DNA of 24,000 nt from Chloroflexota bacterium. GTDB taxonomy: Bacteria; Chloroflexota; Anaerolineae; Anaerolineales; Anaerolineaceae. The notes beneath the pieces are model-generated. The model did not search any database, was not told the DNA's origin, and was given only the letters and a program-made list of their open reading frames with translations. The position numbers were made by a program, and so were the translations under genes. Each line of letters begins with the position of its first letter. Positions within the stretch are counted from its first letter, which is position 1. The stretch covers positions 8,484 to 32,483 of the forward strand of contig JAAZOK010000075.1 of the NCBI GenBank assembly GCA_012797815.1. The letters run 5' to 3'. Below are positions 15,825 through 22,726 of the stretch, piece by piece.

Positions 15825-16700
15825 ATGACAGATTCGACTCAGGCATCCACCCGTAATTTGATCGGCATTTATGAGAAAGCCCTGCCTTATTCACAGCCCT
15901 GGCAAAAGCGCCTGGAAATGGCAAGGAATATCGGCTTTGATTACGTCGAACTTTCTATCGACGAGGACGAAAACAGGATCAGCCGCCTGGATTGGTCTGC
16001 CAAGCAAAAGCGGGAACTGCAAAGCATATCTGTTAATTCCGGCATGCCTTTTCTCAGCATGAGTCTGAGTGGTCATCGCAAATATCCCCTGGGCAGTGCC
16101 GATCCGGCGATCCGCCAGAAATCCAGAGATATGCTTGCCAAAGCTATCGACCTGGCATGCACTCTGGGGATCCGCATCGTACAATTGATGGGCTACTGGG
16201 TGTTCTACGAAACCATTACGCCGCAATGCGGCGCATATTTCATGGAAGGCTTACGCTGGGGCGTGGAAAGAGCGGCTCGTAGCGGTGTCATGCTGGGAAT
16301 TGAAAATGTGGAGGGGCGCCAACATATCAGTTCCATCGCCCAGGCGATGGATTACGTGCATGCCATCAATTCACCGTGGTTCCAACTCTATTCTGATTTT
16401 GCCAACCTGAGTGCTCTTGGGTACGATGTGCCTGCTGAACTGGAAAAAGGAAAGGGACACTTCATCGCCATCCATGTAAAAGACGCCAAACCCGGTCAGG
16501 TGCGGCGTATCCCATTTGGGACGGGTTGCGTGAACTTCGTGGAATCATTCCGCAAACTCGCCCAACTGGATTTTCATGGTCCCTTCATGATCGAAATGTG
16601 GAATGACGATGCACCGGAATCAGAACATATCATTCGTTCTGCATACACCCAAACCGTGCAATATCTAAAACAAAGCTATGGTGATTTTCAAGAAGATTGA
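15825..16700 (+). CDS. ulaE: L-ribulose-5-phosphate 3-epimerase-like (UlaE/SgbU family, xylose-isomerase-like TIM barrel)
   Basis: Near-collinear by-eye match to E. coli UlaE: 'IGIYEKALP', 'GFDYVELSIDEDENRISRLDW', 'PFLSMSLSGHRKYPLGS', 'IRIVQLMGY', 'NSPWFQLYSDFANLSA', 'AIHVKDAKPG', 'FMIEMW'. Confidence 0.8.
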   Translation: MTDSTQASTRNLIGIYEKALPYSQPWQKRLEMARNIGFDYVELSIDEDENRISRLDWSAKQKRELQSISVNSGMPFLSMSLSGHRKYPLGSADPAIRQKSRDMLAKAIDLACTLGIRIVQLMGYWVFYETITPQCGAYFMEGLRWGVERAARSGVMLGIENVEGRQHISSIAQAMDYVHAINSPWFQLYSDFANLSALGYDVPAELEKGKGHFIAIHVKDAKPGQVRRIPFGTGCVNFVESFRKLAQLDFHGPFMIEMWNDDAPESEHIIRSAYTQTVQYLKQSYGDFQED

Positions 16701-16717
16701 AGATCTTTTTGGCAGAC

Positions 16718-16746
16718 AAAAACGGTTCCGAGCGGAACCGTTTTTG
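16718..16746 (+). terminator. Intrinsic terminator after the ulaE-like gene
   Basis: AAAAACGGTTCC (16718-16729) / GGAACCGTTTTT (16734-16745), 4-nt loop, T run within and after the 3' arm. Confidence 0.75.
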
Positions 16747-16814
16747 CTTAAATGGATCATTTGCGCCCATGATTCTCGTTATAATGAGGATACAAAACTA
16801 GAAAGTAGGTACCT

Positions 16815-17834
16815 ATGAGAAAATTGTTTGGAGTTATCTTATCCGTTGCTTTGGTAATGCCCCTCATTTTAGCAGCGCTGCTAACCTATTCGATCACCAA
16901 TTGGGCATTTGATCGCGAGTTATATATCGAAGTATTGAGTTCCGATGATGTCCAGAGCCAACTGCTATCGGATGATTCCCTGCAAAAATTCACCGCCAAC
17001 AATATGGGCGACATCGAAGGATTGGACACAGCCGCGTTTGGCGCTCTCATCCGTTCTCTCATCACACCAGCGTATTTCAAGGATCAGATCACGAGCATAG
17101 TCAACCAGGTCTTCGACTACCTGGAAGGAAATGCGGATGTGCTGCAACTTGAATTCGACCTCACCCGGCTCAAGGATGAATTCTCCGGTCCAGAGCAAGA
17201 CCAACTGTTGCGAGACCTGGCGGAGGCTCTGCCGGTTTGCCAGGAGGATCAAATTACAAACAACAATCTGACCTTATGCAAACCAGAATCCATCGCTGAA
17301 GACGTTTTTGTGGAACAATATCTAAAACCAAATTTGCCGGTTTTGCTGATGGCCATTCCTAATAAGGTCAGCATTGCCGAACCGATCGATCTGCGTGGAG
17401 AAATGCAAACCATGCCGGCATTTTTCCAACAGTTCATGGATCTGGTGAATTACAAGACCGCCATATTATTGCTGTCCGGATTGGCTCTCATTTTCTGGTT
17501 CCTCACCGCCCTGATCGCCGGAAAGGACGGACGCGAACGCTTGAAATGGTTGGGGTGGACCCTGATCCTGCCGTCATTATTCGTGCTCTTGCTTGGGGTA
17601 ATTTCAGGAACAGATCTCGCCAGGAATCTGATCCAACTGGGATTGCGCAGCACCAATTTTCAGAATCTGGAGAATATCCCTTTCCTGACGCAGGATACCA
17701 TTATGCTGATCGAGTCCACTTTCGTGAGCAAATTCAAGCTCAGTCTCATCACCGCCGGAGGCATCGCTTCTGCCATCGGGCTCGGTTTCATCGCCTGGGG
17801 AGCAGCCACTCACCCGGCGCGGAAAGAGGTATAG
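16815..17834 (+). CDS. Hypothetical membrane protein (N-terminal TM anchor, acidic extracytoplasmic domain of about 200 aa, 3-4 C-terminal TM helices)
   Basis: 339-aa ORF with its own terminators on both sides. Hydrophobic segments 'FGVILSVALVMPLILAALL', 'AILLLSGLALIFWFLTALIA', 'LGWTLILPSLFVLLLGVI', 'LITAGGIASAIGLGFIAWGA'. I recognise no family. Confidence 0.55.
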   Translation: MRKLFGVILSVALVMPLILAALLTYSITNWAFDRELYIEVLSSDDVQSQLLSDDSLQKFTANNMGDIEGLDTAAFGALIRSLITPAYFKDQITSIVNQVFDYLEGNADVLQLEFDLTRLKDEFSGPEQDQLLRDLAEALPVCQEDQITNNNLTLCKPESIAEDVFVEQYLKPNLPVLLMAIPNKVSIAEPIDLRGEMQTMPAFFQQFMDLVNYKTAILLLSGLALIFWFLTALIAGKDGRERLKWLGWTLILPSLFVLLLGVISGTDLARNLIQLGLRSTNFQNLENIPFLTQDTIMLIESTFVSKFKLSLITAGGIASAIGLGFIAWGAATHPARKEV

Positions 17835-17840
17835 AAAAAC

Positions 17841-17865
17841 AAAAAGCCCCGCACGGGGCTTTTTG
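17841..17865. terminator. Bidirectional intrinsic terminator between convergent genes
   Basis: AAAAAGCCCC-GCAC-GGGGCTTTTT. GC-rich 6-bp stem flanked by an A run and a T run, so it is usable from both strands. Confidence 0.8.
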
Positions 17866-17882
17866 ATATCCATTAATTTTCT

Positions 17883-18857
17883 TTATTCCTTCTCTGCGCC
17901 GACCTGCTGATTGCCGCCTTTAAGCGCGAGGATCAGGTCACGCCGTCTGAGAGCGCGTTTGCGGTCGATCTCGACCATTCCTTCCTTTTCACTTGCCAGT
18001 TTCAAGAGCGCCTGCACCCAGGCTCCGCTTTTCACCGCCTGGTGACGCACCCGCCAGCGTTCAACCCAGATAGGCAATTGCCCGGCATTGGTGACCCTGC
18101 GATGTTTGACGACTTTGGTCACCCCCTGTGACTCCACGCTGACCTCGTATTCTTCATACTGCGCTTCCACCGGGCAGATCTGCACACAGGCACCGCATTT
18201 AATACAGTAGTAATCAGCCAGCACCACTTCATTTTTCTCATTTAGATGCAATGCCCGGGTTGGACAGATATCGGCACATGCCAGGCAACCCTCCTGGCAA
18301 TATTCTTTCTTCAATACAACACTGCCCTGCCAGGGCTGCTGCACATGGAAAGCACCATCACTGGCTACCTCGCATTGACGGCAGCGGATGCAATGTTCAT
18401 CATCCACCAGCAAGGTTTTGGCTTTTTTGTCTTCCGAAATGACACCCGTGGGGCAGTTCTCGATCACGAATTTTCTCTTCTTCCAGTCGAAGGTTTCCGG
18501 GTCGAAAACCGTGCTCTGCATGAATTCCGGAAATACCTCATATTTACGAACCGGGATCTCTGCTTCACCATTGACGGTCATATCGATGGCGTTGACCGGA
18601 CAAACCTCAACACATTCTCCGCATAAAATGCATTTCTGCGGATCGATGTCCACACTTTGTTTTTGTACCATCCTGCCGTTTTCGAGCACTGCAGCGACAT
18701 GACTGATGGCATCTTTGGGACACACCAGCGGTCCCATCTGGCAGCCAACACAACGGTCCAGATCCCAGTGCATAAGATAGTGGCGGGTGACCATGGCACG
18801 CTCGAGCACCATTTCGGTTTCAGTGCGCGTTTTTTGGGTTAAACCACGAGTTGACAT
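17883..18857 (-). CDS. Polyferredoxin-like multi-[4Fe-4S] protein with Cys-free basic C-terminal tail
   Basis: Five Cys-cluster motifs: 'CVGCQMGPLVCP', 'CILCGECVEVCP', 'CIRCRQCE', 'CQEGCLACADICP', 'CIKCGACVQICP'. AGGAG RBS. Last gene of the operon. Confidence 0.75.
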   Translation of the reverse strand: MSTRGLTQKTRTETEMVLERAMVTRHYLMHWDLDRCVGCQMGPLVCPKDAISHVAAVLENGRMVQKQSVDIDPQKCILCGECVEVCPVNAIDMTVNGEAEIPVRKYEVFPEFMQSTVFDPETFDWKKRKFVIENCPTGVISEDKKAKTLLVDDEHCIRCRQCEVASDGAFHVQQPWQGSVVLKKEYCQEGCLACADICPTRALHLNEKNEVVLADYYCIKCGACVQICPVEAQYEEYEVSVESQGVTKVVKHRRVTNAGQLPIWVERWRVRHQAVKSGAWVQALLKLASEKEGMVEIDRKRALRRRDLILALKGGNQQVGAEKE

Positions 18858-18865
18858 AAAGACTC

Positions 18866-19711
18866 CTATATTTCGTTGGGCAGTTCGTGTAATTCATGCA
18901 GGGTGAAGACCGGACCATCTTTACAAACATACTTATGCCCAATATTGCAGCGCCCGCAATGACCAACCCCGCATTTCATTCTCTTTTCAAGGGAGGTATA
19001 CACTCTTTCATCAGGGAATCCCAACTTTGTGAGAATTGGCAGAGTGAATTTCGTCATAACGGGTGGTCCGCATACCACTGCCACCGTATTATCCGGGTTG
19101 GGAGAAAGCTCTTCCAGCACCGCCGGAACATACCCCACATGATAATTCCAGTTTTCTTCTTGAACATCGATCGCCTGATGGATGACGATATCATCACGGA
19201 TATGCCATTCTTCGATAACCGGCTTATACAGGCATAATCCCGAATTGCGTGTGCCATAGAGCGCCGTTATTTCCGCGTAATTTCCACGATGCGAAGGATG
19301 CAACATATGTTTGGTCATGGCATACAGCGTAGAAAATGCGCACCCTCCTCCAATCACCAATATATTCATCCCCAGCCAATCATTCATGGGAAATCCATTT
19401 CCCAGCGGACCGCGCATGCCAATGGGATCACCGACATGCATGTCATGGATGGCGGTGGTAAATTTGCCCATTTTCTGAACGGTGAAGCGCACAAAGTCCC
19501 CTTCCCAGGCAGCCGAGGCAATGCCGAATGGCGCTTCGCCTTTTCCAAATATAGAAAGCTGGCTGAACTGCCCCGGATTATAGCTGGCGAAAAATTCCTT
19601 ACAATCTTCCTCATGATCAAATGTCAGTTCGAACGACTTCAATGTAGAATCCGTTGTTTCGATGACAATACGATTGATGTGCATGGGAACCGGTTCATAA
19701 CAATTTTTCAT
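18866..19711 (-). CDS. FAD/NAD(P)-binding 2Fe-2S oxidoreductase (sulfhydrogenase gamma HydG / AsrB / FlxA-like)
   Basis: 281 aa. Ferredoxin-reductase-type fold ('GQFSQLSIFG', 'MRGPLGNGF', 'ILVIGGGCAFS', 'VCGPPVM') and C-terminal 'CGVGHCGRCNIG' 2Fe-2S motif. ATGA overlap with the upstream gene. Confidence 0.8.
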   Translation of the reverse strand: MKNCYEPVPMHINRIVIETTDSTLKSFELTFDHEEDCKEFFASYNPGQFSQLSIFGKGEAPFGIASAAWEGDFVRFTVQKMGKFTTAIHDMHVGDPIGMRGPLGNGFPMNDWLGMNILVIGGGCAFSTLYAMTKHMLHPSHRGNYAEITALYGTRNSGLCLYKPVIEEWHIRDDIVIHQAIDVQEENWNYHVGYVPAVLEELSPNPDNTVAVVCGPPVMTKFTLPILTKLGFPDERVYTSLEKRMKCGVGHCGRCNIGHKYVCKDGPVFTLHELHELPNEI

Positions 19712-20724
19712 TTTGCACCGCCTGCGGAATCCCGGTGAAGTGCGTTTTCAACGATTTCACGGATATCGATATTTACCGGGCAAAATTCCACGCAACGACC
19801 ACAACCGGTGCAGCCTATTTCATTGATCTGATCTACCCAATAAGCATATTTATGCATCACGCGTTGTCGTGTTCGCTCAGATTTAGTGGGACGCGGGTTA
19901 TGCCCGGATGCTTCCAGCGAATAGATCCGGAACATACAGGAATCCCAGTTTCGCACCCGCTCCTTCCGCAATGTCTCGTCCACGATATCGAAACAAAAAC
20001 AGGTCGGGCATAAAAATGTGCACACACCACACCCCAGACAAGATTCGGATGTCTCCCGCCAAAAGTCACTTTCGAACAGATCCAGCAACTTATCATGAAC
20101 CTGTTGCTTTTCCAGCGCTTCCGGCATTCCGGCGATCACTTGTGCGGACAAGGTTTTAACAGCCTTGAGCATATCTTTTTGTGCATCGGGTAAATCGGCA
20201 AATATCTTTTCGGCGCGTTTGGAATAGACTTGCACCACAAATCCATCTTCCAGTTTGACGAATTGGGCATCGGCACCGGCAGCATCAAATGGAGAACCAC
20301 CCACCGCCGTACAAAAACAGGTTTCCCTGGGAGCAAGGCAGGCGTAAGAAATAACGATAGCGGAATCGCGCTTGCTTTGCCAGTAATGGTCAGGGGCTTG
20401 CTCATCATCGAAAGCATGATCCAGTAAACTTATGGCGCGGGCATCACAGGGACGAATGCCGAACAGCATCTTGTCTTTTTCCTCGTTTTCCACAGAATGC
20501 AAGCCGCCAGCATATTTCATCAGCACTTCTGATTGGGGGAAGAACAGGCTTTTAGGAGGAAAGCGTGTATTACTGGAACCTTTGATGGCAATCTGGGAAA
20601 CGTCCTTCATCAACTGGAACGTCAATTCCTTCTCATTCTTGACCGGGGCATACAATAGGTATTCATGCATCAGCCTCGAAAGGAATTCCGTATAATCTGG
20701 ATTGGAAAGCCATTTAGCAGACAT
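19708..20724 (-). CDS. 4Fe-4S protein, sulfhydrogenase beta HydB / AsrA / FlxB-like
   Basis: Family motifs 'FGIRPCDARAISLLD', 'CLGCGVCTFLCPTCFCFD', 'CTGCGRCVEFCPVNIDI'. Start placed at the ATG of 'MSAKW' (AGGA 8 nt upstream, 11-nt overlap with the upstream stop) rather than the track's longer 20778 start, which overlaps the upstream gene by 65 nt. Confidence 0.75.
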   Translation of the reverse strand: MSAKWLSNPDYTEFLSRLMHEYLLYAPVKNEKELTFQLMKDVSQIAIKGSSNTRFPPKSLFFPQSEVLMKYAGGLHSVENEEKDKMLFGIRPCDARAISLLDHAFDDEQAPDHYWQSKRDSAIVISYACLAPRETCFCTAVGGSPFDAAGADAQFVKLEDGFVVQVYSKRAEKIFADLPDAQKDMLKAVKTLSAQVIAGMPEALEKQQVHDKLLDLFESDFWRETSESCLGCGVCTFLCPTCFCFDIVDETLRKERVRNWDSCMFRIYSLEASGHNPRPTKSERTRQRVMHKYAYWVDQINEIGCTGCGRCVEFCPVNIDIREIVENALHRDSAGGAK

Positions 20725-21691
20725 GGTCACCATCCTGTTGGTGGAAATATTGCTCTTCCTTTTCTGATAGAGCAGCAAATGGTGGCACCTGGTCCGCAGT
20801 CATGCCGGGTTCAAAACCGTAGTCGCGTTTCATATCCTGATTCAGCAAATCCGTCAAATATGTCATTTTGATTTCCATCGGGCATGCCCGCTCGCATGCG
20901 CCACAACTGACGCAACGACCGGTCTGGTGAAAGGCACGAATGATATGCCAGGCTTGTTGCCCGGCCCGCTCAACGGTGCTTTCTATCCACCGAGGTCTGG
21001 AATGATCCACAAAACATTCTTCGCAATAGCACATCGGGCATGCTTCCCGGCAGGCATAACAACGGATACATCGTTCCGCTTCCCGGGAAAATTTCTCGTA
21101 GCGCTGGGCAATATCAAGCATTCGGAAAGCATCGCAATAAGATTTATCAAGAGAGTTTTCTGTCATCCAACCCGCCTCATCGATCATCACATCCACATTG
21201 ACCGGGTCAGGGTGTTCGCAATGCAAGCAGGCATCGTGGAGCAGTTCCAAACGATCGAAGCGGATTTCCACCCCTCCGGATTCCACAACCACCTGCCCTT
21301 CTTCTTCGGTGATGGAGGATATAGAGCCTGGCAGTTTTTGCTCGATCTTATGCCCATCCAGGATGCCGATACAGGGCACCCCGATCAAAGTCAAATTCTC
21401 ACGGGCATGGCGATTTTCAAGCACCAGCGTTTGGATCGCCCGGCTTTCGCAGCCCCGGCAGATGATCGCAGTTCGCTCTCCCCTGGGTCGGTGATTCAAA
21501 TATACTGCCAGATTGTTACTGCAAAGTCCGTTCAACTCCAACTGTTCGATCTCTTCCACACTGCCGGCAAAAAAGGGTTGCATCTTGGATGGCAGTGATC
21601 CCTTCTTGAATCCGATCACTACATCGACTTTTCCCTCAACGAGCAATTTGTGAGCTTCTGCGCGGATTTTCTGAGTGCGAAGGTTTTCCAT
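20714..21691 (-). CDS. 4Fe-4S protein, second HydB/AsrA-like paralogue (FlxC-like)
   Basis: 325 aa. 'TAIICRGCESRAIQTL' parallels the 'RPCDARAI' segment of the neighbour. 'CIRCYACREACPMCYCEECF' and 'CVSCGACERACPMEI' cluster motifs. TAATG junction with mvhD. Confidence 0.6.
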   Translation of the reverse strand: MENLRTQKIRAEAHKLLVEGKVDVVIGFKKGSLPSKMQPFFAGSVEEIEQLELNGLCSNNLAVYLNHRPRGERTAIICRGCESRAIQTLVLENRHARENLTLIGVPCIGILDGHKIEQKLPGSISSITEEEGQVVVESGGVEIRFDRLELLHDACLHCEHPDPVNVDVMIDEAGWMTENSLDKSYCDAFRMLDIAQRYEKFSREAERCIRCYACREACPMCYCEECFVDHSRPRWIESTVERAGQQAWHIIRAFHQTGRCVSCGACERACPMEIKMTYLTDLLNQDMKRDYGFEPGMTADQVPPFAALSEKEEQYFHQQDGDHVC

Positions 21692-22140
21692 TAAAAATAC
21701 TCCTGATCAACATCAACCTGGCGAGTATCCAGATGTTTTTCCAGGTCAGCATCCATCAACTTGTTCTCAAAGTCAGAGAGAAGGGGCTGGATCAAACTGT
21801 GTTCATTGATCCCCATCCAATGAAAAACGAAACGGTCAGAGGGATAACCAAGCATATCCAAAAAATTCCTGAATTCGGATAAAGCCCGCCTGGCATGCAG
21901 GTTGCCTTCTTTATAATGGCATTTATGCGGGTCGCAGCCACACACCATGATGCCATCTGCCCCACCCTGCACCGCATTGAGAATATACAGCGGATCGATC
22001 CGTCCGGAGCACGGTACTTTGATCAGTTTGACGTTGGCAGGCAGATCATTTTCCACCCAGGCCTGATCCATACTGGATGCCAGACAATATTGGCATTGGA
22101 ATAACACAATACGGGGTTTTTTAGACTCTACTGTTTTCAT
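21691..22140 (-). CDS. mvhD: MvhD/FlpD-family 2Fe-2S protein (methyl-viologen-reducing hydrogenase delta subunit-like; FlxD-like)
   Basis: 149 aa. 'VLFQCQYC', 'VPCSGRIDPLYILNAVQGGADGIMVCGCDPHKCHYKEGN' is the canonical MvhD pattern. Confidence 0.85.
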   Translation of the reverse strand: MKTVESKKPRIVLFQCQYCLASSMDQAWVENDLPANVKLIKVPCSGRIDPLYILNAVQGGADGIMVCGCDPHKCHYKEGNLHARRALSEFRNFLDMLGYPSDRFVFHWMGINEHSLIQPLLSDFENKLMDADLEKHLDTRQVDVDQEYF

Positions 22141-22726
22141 CGACCCCTCCTCTTCCGACCCATGTCCATAATGAATCCATGATCATCTCACTGTTTTCTA
22201 TTTCCTGGAGTTCGATGGAATTTGAACGGCATGCTACGGAGCAGGTTCCACAAGCCATGCAGATCTCTGCATCTACCGTTGCCACCAACACCGCATTTCC
22301 CCGGAACGGAATTTTCTTTTCTTGCAGGGTGATCGCCTGGTAGGGACATACTTTTTCGCAATATCCACAGGCTACACAGGTCTGCTCATCCACTTTCGCC
22401 ACCTTCAAAGGTGAGGTATACCCGGCTTGGAAGGCTAATTTTTTCGTATTGGTCAGTATTGCAGAAATATGAATCTGCTGCGGGCAGGCTTCGTAGCATA
22501 AATCACATTCAGAACATAGGAACGCCGTTGGGGCAGTGTACGCTTCTTTTTCCATATCCAATGCGATCATTTTCAACAAACGGCGCGGATTATATTCGGG
22601 TTCTATTTTCTGTTGGATCAAACAGCGACTTACACATGTGCCACATGAAAAGCACATATCCACTTTTTCACAACCCTCAAGAGCAATAAGCTGATCTCGC
22701 AGGCTTGAATTCGGGTTATTCTCCAC
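22121..22726 (-). CDS. HdrC-like 4Fe-4S domain fused to a 2x[4Fe-4S] ferredoxin domain
   Basis: N-terminal half 'CFSCGTCVSRC...NPRRLLKM...CSECDLCYEACP' (HdrC/Fer4_17-like spacing). C-terminal half 'CVACGYCEKVCP' + 'CMACGTCSVAC'. GTG start behind AGGAGGTGAAGG, overlapping the hdrA stop. Confidence 0.65.
   Translation of the reverse strand: MENNPNSSLRDQLIALEGCEKVDMCFSCGTCVSRCLIQQKIEPEYNPRRLLKMIALDMEKEAYTAPTAFLCSECDLCYEACPQQIHISAILTNTKKLAFQAGYTSPLKVAKVDEQTCVACGYCEKVCPYQAITLQEKKIPFRGNAVLVATVDAEICMACGTCSVACRSNSIELQEIENSEMIMDSLWTWVGRGGVDENSRV

Noticed and set aside
20725-20778. Longer N-terminal extension of the HydB-like gene (track start 20778)
   Set aside because: It would overlap the upstream gene by 65 nt and adds a non-conserved 'MLLYQKRKSNISTNR' peptide. 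An internal ATG with an AGGA RBS gives the short coupling overlap seen at other junctions in this operon.
20927-21598. 223-aa + strand ORF antisense to the FlxC-like gene
   Set aside because: Shadow ORF lying entirely within a minus-strand gene that has clear Fe-S motifs. The translation is low-complexity with no recognisable motifs, and there is no RBS.
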